Shown piece by piece: positions 1 through 9,861 of a stretch of 49,088 nucleotides of DNA. A program made the position numbers and the translations under genes. The notes beneath the pieces were generated by a model. That model was not told where the DNA came from. It saw nothing but the letters and a program-made list of their open reading frames with translations, and made no database searches. Within the stretch, counting starts at the first letter, position 1. Each line of letters begins with the position of its first letter. The stretch is from NCBI GenBank assembly GCA_949297305.1, contig CASFSG010000057.1, positions 1-49,088 on the forward strand. The letters are read 5' to 3'. This DNA is from an uncultured bacterium. GTDB lineage: Bacteria; Bacillota_I; Bacilli_A; RFN20; CAG-826.

Positions 1-143
1 TGGAATAAAAGATATAACAACATGCCTAGATTTATCCTTAAATGTAAGACTCCAAACGAAATAGAAATTGAACTTAAAAACGATTTAATTAAAATAAGAG
101 GTGAGCAAGGACTAAAAAGTCTCACATCATTTGAAAGTTAACA
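1..143 (+). mobile_element. 3' end of a probable IS transposase (IS481/IS30-like integrase-core C-terminus; frame open 1..141) plus putative right terminal inverted repeat ending ...GTTAACA
   Basis: Frame 1 reads WNKRYNNMPRFILKCKTPNE...SFES*, resembling the YN-x-PR-xx-L-xx-KTP-x-E end of DDE transposases. The end read on the minus strand begins TGT, as IS481-family ends do. The left end is outside the window. Confidence 0.55.
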
Positions 144-176
144 GATTGTCGCAAAAAAGCGACAATCTTTTATTTT
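143..176 (+). terminator. Intrinsic terminator-like hairpin
   Basis: AGATTGTCGC-AAAAAA-GCGACAATCT, a perfect 10-bp stem followed by TTTATTTT. Confidence 0.7.
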
Positions 177-208
177 ATAAAACAATCATCTGTGCTATCA
201 TTTTAGAT

Positions 209-859
209 ATGAAATACAATCAAATGGAAGCTTTAGATTTCCGCTACTTGTTACTAGAATATTATAAAAAAATTCATCTTAAGGAAGATGAAGTTATGAT
301 TATTTTAATGATTGATTTATTGCTAGGACAAAAAAATAAATTGATTACGGCAGAATTATTATCTTTAAAAATGAATTTGACATCCGATTACATTGATAAA
401 TGCCTAGTCAAATTAATCAATGATGGTCTATTAGCGTTTGACACAAAAAAAGGAATGAAATTTTCTTTAAAACCACTTAGGGAAAAATTATTTAATTTAT
501 TCGAGGAAGCGTTTAAAAAGGACAAGAACTTAGATGACGATAAAAATAAGAGTGCTTATTTGCAAAACATCTATGCTGTTTTTGAAAAAGAATTGAAAAG
601 ACCGCTTTCACCCGTTGAATTCTCCTTGATTCAAGATTGGATTGATAGTGGATATAAAGATGAAGATATTTTAAATGCAATTAAAGAAATTCGCATGAAT
701 AATAAACGTTTGTCGATTAAAGCCGTGGACAAAGTTTTGCTTTCTTATAAAGCTAGAGAAGATATTGATAAGACTGGATATACAAGCGTCAGTGACAATT
801 GGGACAAAAATTTAGAAGAAACATTAAAAATTGCTAAAGTAAAATGGATAGATGATTGA
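209..859 (+). CDS. dnaD: DnaD primosomal/replication protein
   Basis: N-terminal winged-helix-like region and DnaD C-terminal motif FEKELKRPLSPVEFSLIQDW...AIKE...DKVLLSY; dnaD-nth synteny. Start moved to ATG 209, downstream of an extended -10. Confidence 0.85.
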   Translation: MKYNQMEALDFRYLLLEYYKKIHLKEDEVMIILMIDLLLGQKNKLITAELLSLKMNLTSDYIDKCLVKLINDGLLAFDTKKGMKFSLKPLREKLFNLFEEAFKKDKNLDDDKNKSAYLQNIYAVFEKELKRPLSPVEFSLIQDWIDSGYKDEDILNAIKEIRMNNKRLSIKAVDKVLLSYKAREDIDKTGYTSVSDNWDKNLEETLKIAKVKWIDD

Positions 860-1484
860 TAAAAATTATTTGCTCAATTATTTAAAAGCATTATTTCCTA
901 ACGCTTGTTGCTCTTTAAACTATCAAAAAGATTATGAACTTTTGATTGCGACAATGTTAAGTGCCCAAACAAGTGATGAGGCGGTTAATAAAGTTACCCT
1001 CATCTTATTCCAGAAGTTTCCGACTTTAAATAGTTTAGCAAAAGCCTCATATGATGATATTTACGGGATAATTAAGAGCCTAGGACTAGCTAAGGTTAAA
1101 ACTAATAATGTTATTGAGATTGCTTCGAAATTAGTCGATGATCACTATGATTATGTCCCTAATGACTCAACCTATTTATTAACATTACCTGGCGTTGGAA
1201 ATAAAACTAAAAATGTCGTTTTAGCAGAATTATATAATGCTAATTTTTTAGCAGTCGATACCCATGTTTATCGCATTGCTCATCGCCTAGGCCTAGTAAA
1301 GAAAAATGATGATGTCATTAAAACAGAGAAGAAATTAGTAAAATATTTTTTAGGCGAAAATTTAAAATTAATCAATCATCAATTAATAGAATTTGGTCGA
1401 CACATATGCAAGGCACAAAAGCCGAATTGCAATTGTTGCAAATTAAAGGATTTTTGCAAATATTTTTGTGCAAAAGCTAAATAA
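852..1484 (+). CDS. nth: Endonuclease III
   Basis: LLIATMLSAQTSD, HhH motif LPGVGNKT, AVDTHV, 4Fe-4S motif C-x6-C-x2-C-x5-C. Confidence 0.95.
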   Translation: MIDKNYLLNYLKALFPNACCSLNYQKDYELLIATMLSAQTSDEAVNKVTLILFQKFPTLNSLAKASYDDIYGIIKSLGLAKVKTNNVIEIASKLVDDHYDYVPNDSTYLLTLPGVGNKTKNVVLAELYNANFLAVDTHVYRIAHRLGLVKKNDDVIKTEKKLVKYFLGENLKLINHQLIEFGRHICKAQKPNCNCCKLKDFCKYFCAKAK

Positions 1485-2070
1485 TTTTATCAAAATACAT
1501 TTTATCTACTGCATCTAAATATAATAATGCAGGCCGGTATGATTTTTTAATCTCAATCCCATTGTTCACTATATCTAGATAAGGGATTGATTTCCTTTTA
1601 TTTTCGTTAATAAAAGTTATTACATATTGAGCGTCGATTAAAAATGCTTGCTGTTGAATTTCGAATTCAATAATAAAAAAAGCGATTCCGCCATGGCGGA
1701 TTACTCCCTTTAAATGTTCAATTTGATGAGAAGTAATATTATTCAAGGGGAAAGATGTTTTTAAATGCGTTGATTTAGCTTCGAAATCAATATATTTTCC
1801 CTTATATATCCCGTTATAATCAGTTGTTGATTGCTTTTCAAAATATGCTTCTTTAATTAAGGCTCCGCGCGAATAATCTACCTTTACAACATTGATGGGC
1901 GTTGGTCTTTTTAGAATTAAAGCCCGGTCCATTTCAGCATAAAACTCGTTTGATTGGTTAATGCTATCTTCTAAACTCATCCCGCGATTAGCAGCGCTAT
2001 TTTTTGAGACGATTCGTCTCTTTTTTTCTTGATAATGCTTTTTATTTATTCCACCAGGATAATTAATCAT
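1477..2070 (-). CDS. recU: Holliday junction resolvase RecU
   Basis: INYPGG, NRGMSLE, KRPTP, STTDYNGIYKGKYIDFEAKST, HQIEHL. Confidence 0.96.
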   Translation of the reverse strand: MINYPGGINKKHYQEKKRRIVSKNSAANRGMSLEDSINQSNEFYAEMDRALILKRPTPINVVKVDYSRGALIKEAYFEKQSTTDYNGIYKGKYIDFEAKSTHLKTSFPLNNITSHQIEHLKGVIRHGGIAFFIIEFEIQQQAFLIDAQYVITFINENKRKSIPYLDIVNNGIEIKKSYRPALLYLDAVDKMYFDKII

Positions 2071-2792
2071 TTAATCGCCTCATAAATATATTTATCAAAT
2101 ATTGTAGGTGTAACCGCTTTACCTTCACTTAAGTCTTTAATAACATTTAAAAGCGGTGATGGCAAATGCTTGTTTTGTTTTAATGCTTGTTTATAACGAC
2201 TAAAGACGATGTCTTTTTCTTGTAAAAAAGCTTGAAAAATCATAATTAGATTATAAGTATCCGCTAATGCATTATGTTTCTCTCCTTGAAATTCAATGTT
2301 AAATACTTTCAATAAATTAGTTACTGATAAAATATTATTATTTTCATCGCGGATATATTTAGCAGCAAACTCTTCGAAATTTAAATAATGAGCGAGAATT
2401 ACTTTTGCTAGTTCATTATTTGCGTCCATATTATATTGAAGCGATTGATTAATGATGCGTAAATCATGATTTCCATAAGTGATAAATAAAGTTTTATTTA
2501 CATTCAATCCTAAATATTTTTTCAATCCTTCCATCGCTTTGCGAAAAGGAATGCCTGATTTCTTCAGCATCTCATCAGTTATATTTGTTAATTTAGTTAC
2601 AACAGGACCAACTTTATTTTTTGATTTTACTAAAGTGTAGTAATGTTTTTTAGAAATTTTAATTTCGTTTTTCTTATTACATGTTACTAAAATGGCTCCT
2701 ATTGCAATCATTTCGTGGGAAAATTGCGTACCTTCTAAATCAAGAAAACAGAGACATTTGTAATTTTTAATTATATTTGTTAGTTCTTTCAT
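2067..2792 (-). CDS. DEDDh 3'-5' exonuclease (KapD/ERI-1-like)
   Basis: FLDLEGT (ExoI), YGNHD (ExoII), HNALADT (ExoIII); ATGA overlap with recU. Confidence 0.85.
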   Translation of the reverse strand: MKELTNIIKNYKCLCFLDLEGTQFSHEMIAIGAILVTCNKKNEIKISKKHYYTLVKSKNKVGPVVTKLTNITDEMLKKSGIPFRKAMEGLKKYLGLNVNKTLFITYGNHDLRIINQSLQYNMDANNELAKVILAHYLNFEEFAAKYIRDENNNILSVTNLLKVFNIEFQGEKHNALADTYNLIMIFQAFLQEKDIVFSRYKQALKQNKHLPSPLLNVIKDLSEGKAVTPTIFDKYIYEAIK

Positions 2793-2912
2793 ACGGAATA
2801 ATTATAACTATTTTTTAAAAAATGCAATTGCTTATTCTTAAAAATAAGAATACTACTTTATAAAAAGTTTATGCAAAGTTAATTTTATTTAATATAATTA
2901 AGAAGGAATATC

Positions 2913-3278
2913 ATGGCAGAGAAAATCAATCATACTTCATCTACTCTTCTAGAAGTTGTCTTTGAAAAAGATGTTAAGGGTTATAATGCTTATCAAGTAG
3001 ATAATTTACTCGATGAAGTAATAGCTGATTATTCTTACTATGAAAAGTTCCGCTATGAAGCTGTCAATTATATTCGTGATTTAGAGACTCTTGTTACTGA
3101 ATTAAAAGAAAAGAACAAGAATTTAGAAATTGATAATTCACAATATAAAAAGCGTTTTGAGGGTCTTGAAGATTATTCTTCGCCAATAAATAAATCGAAT
3201 ATAGATTTATTAAAGCGCATTAAAGAATTAGAAAACGCTCTTTACCAACATGGCATTGACCCTTCTAAAATTAAATAA
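2913..3278 (+). CDS. gpsB: Cell-cycle protein GpsB (DivIVA domain)
   Basis: FEKDVKGYNAYQVDNLLDEVIADY N-domain and SNIDLLKRIKELENALY C-domain; directly upstream of rnpB as in Bacilli. Confidence 0.85.
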   Translation: MAEKINHTSSTLLEVVFEKDVKGYNAYQVDNLLDEVIADYSYYEKFRYEAVNYIRDLETLVTELKEKNKNLEIDNSQYKKRFEGLEDYSSPINKSNIDLLKRIKELENALYQHGIDPSKIK

Positions 3279-3281
3279 CCT

Positions 3282-3610
3282 CCGACCCAGGCGATTACTG
3301 GTTTTTACTAGAGGAAAGTCCATGCTCGCATAGACTGCGATGTCTATAGTGATTGTGCTAATGGAAAAAATAACATTAGGTATGTGGGAGCACATAACGG
3401 CGAGAGAAGTCTAAGGCAATAGCTATGATGTATCTCATAAAGTGCCATAGAGACGAGCTTATTAGAAATGATAAGGTGGAACGTGGTAAACCCCACAAGC
3501 GAGAAACCCAAATTTGGTAGGGGAAGTTACCTAGAGAAATGAATCGAAGGTAGCATGCTTATGCATAGATAAATTATCGCCCTTTGACAAAACATGGCTT
3601 ATCGGGTCGG
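3282..3610 (+). ncRNA. rnpB: RNase P RNA, bacterial type B, compact (about 329 nt)
   Basis: P1 CCGACCC/GGGTCGG, P2 GGCGAT/ATCGCC, CR-I GAGGAAAGTCCATGCTCGCA, AGTGCCATAGAGACG, GGTGGAACGTGGTAAACCCC, CR-V CAAAACATGGCTTAT. Confidence 0.96.
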
Positions 3611-3625
3611 TACTCAGGAGGAAAA

Positions 3626-4261
3626 ATGAATTTACCAACTAAAATTACCTTTTCGCGAATTGTTCTTATCGCTTTAATGATAATAACTTTATTCGTTCTA
3701 TCGTGTATTCCTGATTTGGTAATTCCTAATGTAGGTAATTCGAATATAAATTGGCTTTACTTAGCGCTTTGCATCGTTTTTGTTATTGGAGCATTGAGCG
3801 ATTTTGTCGATGGTTATATTGCTAGAAAATACAATATGGTTACCGATTTAGGAAAATTTCTTGATCCAATTGCTGATAAGTTACTTGTTAATTCTATTTT
3901 TATTTTTTTATGCATTGAGCCCTCTTTTGCCCCCAATCAAGAAGTTTTAAACCTGATGTTTATTTTTGTAATCATCATGATAGCGCGAGATTTAGTAGTT
4001 GACGCGTTAAGATTAATTGCTGTACAAAAGAAAATTGTTATTGCTGCTAACATATTTGGGAAAGCTAAAACAGTTGCTCAAATGATAACAATTCCTTTTT
4101 TACTATTAAATGATTGGCCATTTTCATATTTCGATGCTTCTTGGCCCGAAGCTTTAAAAATTTCAAATATATTAATGTATATCACTACAGTTTTGTCTCT
4201 TCTTAGTGGTATCATATATGTATATAAAAATCGGGAAGTTCTAAAGGAGAAAAAGCAATGA
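3626..4261 (+). CDS. pgsA: CDP-diacylglycerol--glycerol-3-phosphate 3-phosphatidyltransferase
   Basis: MNLPTKIT, DFVDGYIARKYNMVTDLGKFLDPIADK; SD AGGAGG places the start at 3626. Confidence 0.95.
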   Translation: MNLPTKITFSRIVLIALMIITLFVLSCIPDLVIPNVGNSNINWLYLALCIVFVIGALSDFVDGYIARKYNMVTDLGKFLDPIADKLLVNSIFIFLCIEPSFAPNQEVLNLMFIFVIIMIARDLVVDALRLIAVQKKIVIAANIFGKAKTVAQMITIPFLLLNDWPFSYFDASWPEALKISNILMYITTVLSLLSGIIYVYKNREVLKEKKQ

Positions 4262-4737
4262 AATCACGAGCTAGTTATTTGGTTAATTTACTTAAAGAAA
4301 AAGGATTGACGATTGGTAGTGTTGAGTCGATGACAGGAGGAATGTTTGCTAGCGAAATTACTTCAATTAATGGCGCAAGCGAAATTTTTAAAGGCTCGTT
4401 GGTGACTTATTCGCCCCTTGTTAAAGAAAATGTCTGCCATGTTAACAAAGAAACGATTGAGAAAAACGGCGTTGTATCCTATGAAGTAGCTTCGGAAATG
4501 GCATATCGAGGAAGAGAAATTCTCGATGTGGATTTTTGTATTTCTGTTACTGGTAACGCCGGACCTACTAGCGATATTGACAATAAACCTGTTGGAATGA
4601 TTTATATTTCAATTATGGGAAAAGATTATACATGGGGATTGCCACTTAATTTAAAAGGTGAACGCAATCAAATTCGCCAGGAAACTACTTTTATCATGAT
4701 TGATTTTTTGATTAAAACAATTGAATCTATATTTTAA
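4258..4737 (+). CDS. cinA: CinA C-terminal domain / PncC NMN deamidase family
   Basis: VESMTGG, GASEIF, SVTGNAGP, KPVG; pgsA-cinA-recA synteny. Confidence 0.9.
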   Translation: MKSRASYLVNLLKEKGLTIGSVESMTGGMFASEITSINGASEIFKGSLVTYSPLVKENVCHVNKETIEKNGVVSYEVASEMAYRGREILDVDFCISVTGNAGPTSDIDNKPVGMIYISIMGKDYTWGLPLNLKGERNQIRQETTFIMIDFLIKTIESIF

Positions 4738-4776
4738 TTCGGACATTTTAATAAATTTTTTACTATTTAAATAGTG
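4736..4776 (+). promoter_or_regulatory. Shared upstream element, copy 1 (recA): AATTCGGAC-N17-ACTAT-TTAA-ATAGTG
   Basis: Same boxes and spacing as 13611..13651; contains the perfect palindrome ACTATTTAAATAGT (4762-4775). Confidence 0.65.
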
Positions 4777-4788
4777 GAGGTAATTTTA

Positions 4789-5787
4789 ATGAGTAAAATA
4801 GAAGATTCGAATCGTCTTGACGCTTTGAATGAAGCACTTAGAAATATTGAAAAGACCTATGGCAAAGGTTCCGTCATGAAGTTAGGTGAAAGACCATATG
4901 TAGATGTGGATGTTATTCCTTCTGGTTCACTTCTCATCGATAATATCTTAGGTGTTGGTGGATATCCAAAAGGTCGCATTATTGAGATTTATGGTCCTGA
5001 AAGTAGTGGTAAAACAACATTGGCACTACATGCGATTAGCGAATGTCAAAAGATTGGCGGTCGGGCTGCGTTTGTCGATGCTGAACACTCTATTGACCCT
5101 TTATATGCTAAAAATTTGGGTGTTAACATTGATGAATTAATTTTGTCGCAACCAGATAGCGGTGAACAGGCTTTAGAAATTGTTGCGATGTTAGCTAATA
5201 GTGGAGCGATTGATTTAATTATTGTTGATAGTGTGGCGGCTTTAGTGCCTCAAAGTGAAATTGATGGTACAATGAGCGATAATCAAGTTGGTGTTCAAGC
5301 TAGAATGATGTCAAAAGCCATGCGCAAATTAGCTGGTATTTTAAACAGCAATTCATGCACCGTAATTTTTATTAATCAATTGCGAGAAAAAGTTGGTGTT
5401 ATTTATGGCAATCCTGAGACTACTACTGGTGGTCGAGCTTTAAAATTCTATGCCTCTGTTCGACTTGATATTCGTCGTAGCGAAGCGATTAAGGACGGTT
5501 CAAATATTATCGGTAATACTGTTAATGTTAAAGTTGTCAAAAATAAAGTAGCACCACCTTTTAAAGCTTGTCATGTCGATATAATTTATGGCAAAGGAAT
5601 TTCAAAAGTTTCTGAAGTTTTAGATTTAGCAACTGAATATGGTTATATTAAAAAGAGTGGCTCTTGGTATGAATATGACGCTAACCGCATCGGTCAGGGT
5701 CGTGAAAAAGCCAAAGAATTTATTGAAAATAATCCCGATGTTTTTACAAGTTTGGTTGAACTAATTAAAACAGGCGAAAAAAAATAA
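4789..5787 (+). CDS. recA: Recombinase RecA
   Basis: [47 protein letters not shown]; SD GGAGG gives ATG 4789. Confidence 0.99.
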   Translation: MSKIEDSNRLDALNEALRNIEKTYGKGSVMKLGERPYVDVDVIPSGSLLIDNILGVGGYPKGRIIEIYGPESSGKTTLALHAISECQKIGGRAAFVDAEHSIDPLYAKNLGVNIDELILSQPDSGEQALEIVAMLANSGAIDLIIVDSVAALVPQSEIDGTMSDNQVGVQARMMSKAMRKLAGILNSNSCTVIFINQLREKVGVIYGNPETTTGGRALKFYASVRLDIRRSEAIKDGSNIIGNTVNVKVVKNKVAPPFKACHVDIIYGKGISKVSEVLDLATEYGYIKKSGSWYEYDANRIGQGREKAKEFIENNPDVFTSLVELIKTGEKK

Positions 5788-5790
5788 ATA

Positions 5791-5842
5791 AAAAATATCT
5801 GGGTTTTGCACTCTTTTCTAGCGAAATCTAGATATTTTTTTC
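5791..5842 (+). terminator. Terminator-like hairpin after recA
   Basis: AAAAATATCTGGGTTTTGC...GCGAAATCTAGATATTTTT long stem with G-U pairs, then a T run. Confidence 0.65.
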
Positions 5843-5903
5843 TCATTCATTTTATTATGTTCTGATAATAAAAAAATATATTTAATTATCTATTTATTTT
5901 AGT

Positions 5904-6072
5904 TAAAATAATTATGTATCTATTAGAGATACTTAAAGTCATAGATTTATCTTATGATCTAAACCTTTAAATAGAATTTATATATATGTTTCGAAATCTA
6001 TTTTAGTGTCTATTATTAATAAAAGAAAATTTTTTCTGTGACTTTAAATTAACATAAATTGGAGGATTTTAT
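5904..6072 (+). promoter_or_regulatory. Putative -10 (TAAAAT 5904-5909) and structured 5' leader of rny
   Basis: Hairpin GTATCT/AGATAC (5916-5932) and 13-bp long-range stem TTAAAGTCATAGA (5933-5945) with TCTGTGACTTTAA (6035-6047). Confidence 0.5.
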
Positions 6073-7638
6073 ATGATAATGGAGTGGTATCACTATTTAA
6101 TGATTGTCGTTTGTATTATCCTTGCGGCAGTTATAACTTGGATAATTATTTATTGCATACCAATTATTAAGAAAAAAGTTGCAAAAAATGAAGCTGAAAA
6201 AATTATTAAAAACGCTGAGTTAAGGGCTGAGCAAATTAAAAAGAATGCTCAATTAGACGCCAAGCAAGCAGTTTTTGAATTAAAGCAAGAGGCTGAAAAA
6301 GAAATTAAAGAACGAAAGACTGAATATCAACAAATGGAAAATAAGCTCTTGCAAAGGGAAAACAATATCGATCGTCGCGATGCTCAATTATTACAAAAAG
6401 AGAACGCGATTGAAGAAAAAAACGAAACATTAAATCGTCGATTGAAAGAATGCGATAAAAAAGAGAATCTTCTTCAGCAAAAAATTGATTCAATCATCGT
6501 AGAATTAGAAAAAGTTGCTCAGCTATCTGTCAACGAAGCTCGCGATGTAATCTTTGAGCGGGTTGAAAGCAAAATGTCACAAGAAATTACTGCTTACATC
6601 AAAAACAAAGAAGATGAGGCAAAAGCTGTAGTTGAAGCTAAAGCCAATGAAATTTTATCTTTAGCAATTAACCGCTTTTCTCAAGATGCTGTCAGCGAAC
6701 ATACGATTTCAGTTGTCGCCTTACCAAACGATGAAATGAAAGGTCGCATCATCGGACGCGAGGGACGTAATATCCGCTCTTTAGAACAAATTCTTGGTGT
6801 TGATTTAATTATTGATGATACACCTGAAGTTATTACTGTTTCTTGTTTTAATCCTGTTCGCCGTGAAATTGCTCGACAAGCGCTTGAATTATTAATTAAA
6901 GATGGTCGTATTCAACCAGGTCGCATTGAAGAGGTAGTAAATAAAGTTAAAGCTGATATCGATTCAACTATTCAAAAAGCTGGCGAAGAAGCAGCGTTTA
7001 AATTAGGTCTTCCTAAAATTAATAAGGAATTACTCAAATATATTGGTAGATTAAAATTTAGAACAAGTTATGGTCAAAACGCTTACGACCATTCAATGGA
7101 GGTCGCTTATTTAGCTGGTATTATGGCTGCTGAATTAGGTTTAGATCAAAATTTAGCGCGTCGAGCAGGATTGCTTCATGATATTGGAAAAGCTGTTGAT
7201 TTTGAACAAGAAGGTAGCCATGTTGAATTAGGTTCACGTTTAGCTAAGAAATTTGGCGAACCCGAAGTAGTTATTAACGCTATTGAATCACATCACGGCG
7301 ATGTTGAATCCAAATTTATAATTTCTAATTTAGTTGGGGCGGCAGATACCTTAAGTGCTGCTCGACCTGGTGCACGTTCAGAACTTTTGGAAAATTATAT
7401 TAAGCGCATTGAAAAATTAGAAGAAATTTGTAATTCATATGATGGCGTTTATCAAAGTTATGCTATTCAGTCTGGGCGTGAAGTTCGCGTTATGGTCATG
7501 CCAGATAAGATTGATGATTTAACCGCCTTTAAAATGGCGCGAGACATCAAAGAGAGAATTGAAAATGAAATGACTTATCCTGGTCAAATTAAAGTATCAG
7601 TCATTCGAGAATATCGCGCGATAGAAACGGCTAAGTAA
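6073..7638 (+). CDS. rny: Ribonuclease Y
   Basis: N-terminal TM, coiled coil, KH motif [22 protein letters not shown] motif LLHDIGK. Confidence 0.98.
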   Translation: MIMEWYHYLMIVVCIILAAVITWIIIYCIPIIKKKVAKNEAEKIIKNAELRAEQIKKNAQLDAKQAVFELKQEAEKEIKERKTEYQQMENKLLQRENNIDRRDAQLLQKENAIEEKNETLNRRLKECDKKENLLQQKIDSIIVELEKVAQLSVNEARDVIFERVESKMSQEITAYIKNKEDEAKAVVEAKANEILSLAINRFSQDAVSEHTISVVALPNDEMKGRIIGREGRNIRSLEQILGVDLIIDDTPEVITVSCFNPVRREIARQALELLIKDGRIQPGRIEEVVNKVKADIDSTIQKAGEEAAFKLGLPKINKELLKYIGRLKFRTSYGQNAYDHSMEVAYLAGIMAAELGLDQNLARRAGLLHDIGKAVDFEQEGSHVELGSRLAKKFGEPEVVINAIESHHGDVESKFIISNLVGAADTLSAARPGARSELLENYIKRIEKLEEICNSYDGVYQSYAIQSGREVRVMVMPDKIDDLTAFKMARDIKERIENEMTYPGQIKVSVIREYRAIETAK

Positions 7639-8429
7639 TGTTAAAAATTATTTTTCTTGGGGATATTGTTGGCAAGATAGGTCGTGAAGTAGTTAAAAAA
7701 TATGCTTCGTTATTAAAAGAAAAATATAACGCTGATTTAATTATTGCTAATGCTGAAAATGCCACTCATGGGAAAGGTCTATCGAAATCTCACTATGATG
7801 AATTAATAGGGTGCGGCATCGATGTTCTTACTTTGGGTAATCATTATAATTCAAAAAAAGAAATATATGACTATATTGATGAAGCAGATTATTTGGTTCG
7901 ACCTTTAAATCTTATCGATGATATTGGCGGTAATAAATTTGTTATTAAGGAAGTTAGTGGTATTAAAGTGCGCGTTTTTAATATTATTGGAAGCGCCTTT
8001 ATGAATGTTGATATTTCTAATCCTTATTTATCATTAAAAAATGTTTTAGATGAAGACGATGATAATTACTTAAATATTATTGATTATCACGCTGAAGCCA
8101 CCTCTGAAAAAATATGTTTTGGATATGTATATGATGGGAAGGTTGGAGCAGTGTTAGGTACCCACACGCATGTTCAAACTAACGATGAACGCATACTGGA
8201 TAATGGTACCGCATTTATGTGTGATATTGGAATGAACGGTGAATTTAATAGCGTTTTAGGTTTCAACCGGGAATCGGTCATCAATAAAACGATTTATGGT
8301 AATAATTCCCCTTTTACTTTAAATAAGAATGGCGTAGGACTTTTATCGGGCGTTTATTTAGAATTTGATGAAACTACTTTAAAATGTGTTAAGATAGAGA
8401 AAATAACAAAAGTAGATTATGAACGATAA
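7638..8429 (+). CDS. ymdB: YmdB-like 2',3'-cyclic nucleotide metallophosphoesterase
   Basis: GDIVG, NAEN, TLGNH, DYHAEATSEK, GTHTHVQT; follows rny. Confidence 0.95.
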   Translation: MLKIIFLGDIVGKIGREVVKKYASLLKEKYNADLIIANAENATHGKGLSKSHYDELIGCGIDVLTLGNHYNSKKEIYDYIDEADYLVRPLNLIDDIGGNKFVIKEVSGIKVRVFNIIGSAFMNVDISNPYLSLKNVLDEDDDNYLNIIDYHAEATSEKICFGYVYDGKVGAVLGTHTHVQTNDERILDNGTAFMCDIGMNGEFNSVLGFNRESVINKTIYGNNSPFTLNKNGVGLLSGVYLEFDETTLKCVKIEKITKVDYER

Positions 8430-9861
8430 AGCGAATTGTTATTTATTACCTTCATATAAAGAAGAGCTTAAACGAGGGCGAACAGTCGATTTCGTTTATG
8501 ATGATTTTATCATTCCTAAATCTTTAACGCGATTTCCCTTTAAAAAAACTTTTTATATCGAAACATTAGGATGCCAAGCTAATTATCGGGATGAAGAAGT
8601 TATTTCGGCTTTATTAACTAAAGCTGGTTTTATGCGTTTAGACGATTATGAAAAGGCTCAAATATTAATTATTAATACTTGTGCGGTGCGCGAAAACGCT
8701 GAACAAAAAGTAAAGGGCCATCTTGGTATCTTTAAAGCGCTAAAGAATAAGAATAAAAACCTTATTATCTGTCTTTGTGGTTGTATGATGATGCAAGAAG
8801 AAAGCGTGAGGGAAATACAAAACAAATTTCCCTATGTTTCAATTATTTTTGGAACACATAATGTTTCTAACATTTTAAATATTCTAGATCGCTATTTATC
8901 GACTAACCAAATGATTATAGATGTTCCTTCCTTTAGCGAAAACATTATTGAAAATTTACCTGATTATCGTCGAAACAATTTTCAAGCTTTCGTCAATATA
9001 ACTTATGGTTGTAATAATTTTTGTTCCTATTGTGTCGTGCCTTTTACTCGCGGCCAAGAAAGAAGTAGGTTAGAAAAAGATATTTTAAGAGAATGTCAAT
9101 TTTTAGTTAATAATGGCTATAAAGAAATTACTTTGTTAGGTCAGAATGTCAATTCTTATGGCAGCGATTTAAATGATGGTTCCTCTTTCGCTCATCTATT
9201 AGAAGAAGTTGCAAAACTAAAAATACCTCGTTTAAGATTTTTAACATCGTATCCTTCCATGTTTAATGATGAATTAATTGATGTAATTGCTAAATACGAT
9301 AATATTGTCAAATACATTCATCTCCCCGTTCAAGCTGGAAGCAATAAAATTCTTAAGGAAATGAATCGCCATTATACAAGAGAATTTTACCTCGATTTAG
9401 TTAAAAAACTTCGTAAAAATATACCTAATTTGCATTTATCTACTGATATTATTGTTGGTTTTCCAAATGAAACTTATGAAGAGTTTTTAGAGACTTTATC
9501 GCTTGTTGAAGAAGTTAATTTTTCTTCCGCTTTCACCTTTATTTATTCTCCTAGAAAGCATACTTACGCAGCGACTATTCAAGATAATGTTGAGTACGAA
9601 GAAAAAGTACGCCGTTTTAAAATGTTAAAAGAAACTTTAGAAAAAAATATTGTTGCTTATACTGATAAAATGATCGGTAAAGTTTATACAGTTTTAGTTG
9701 AAGGAATAAGCGAACGCGATGAAACGATGCTTTCAGGTCATACTGAAGACAATGTATTAGTGCACTTTCAAGGAGATTCATCCCTAATTGGCCAAATTGT
9801 TAATGTAAAAATTATTACTTCTCACGTTTATTCTATGATTGGAGAATTAGTAAATGGATGA
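8419..9861 (+). CDS. miaB: tRNA-2-methylthio-N6-dimethylallyladenosine synthase
   Basis: TLGCQAN, NTCAVRENAE, radical SAM CNNFCSYC, LGQNVNSY, C-terminal TRAM domain. Confidence 0.96.
   Translation: MNDKANCYLLPSYKEELKRGRTVDFVYDDFIIPKSLTRFPFKKTFYIETLGCQANYRDEEVISALLTKAGFMRLDDYEKAQILIINTCAVRENAEQKVKGHLGIFKALKNKNKNLIICLCGCMMMQEESVREIQNKFPYVSIIFGTHNVSNILNILDRYLSTNQMIIDVPSFSENIIENLPDYRRNNFQAFVNITYGCNNFCSYCVVPFTRGQERSRLEKDILRECQFLVNNGYKEITLLGQNVNSYGSDLNDGSSFAHLLEEVAKLKIPRLRFLTSYPSMFNDELIDVIAKYDNIVKYIHLPVQAGSNKILKEMNRHYTREFYLDLVKKLRKNIPNLHLSTDIIVGFPNETYEEFLETLSLVEEVNFSSAFTFIYSPRKHTYAATIQDNVEYEEKVRRFKMLKETLEKNIVAYTDKMIGKVYTVLVEGISERDETMLSGHTEDNVLVHFQGDSSLIGQIVNVKIITSHVYSMIGELVNG

Noticed and set aside
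131-208. N-terminal extension of dnaD in the ORF track
   Set aside because: It runs across the putative IS end, the hairpin and the extended -10.
3584-3625. N-terminal extension of pgsA in the ORF track
   Set aside because: It overlaps the conserved 3' end of rnpB; the SD places the start at 3626.
4700-4789. LexA/SOS box upstream of recA
   Set aside because: No GAAC-N4-GTTC found by eye.
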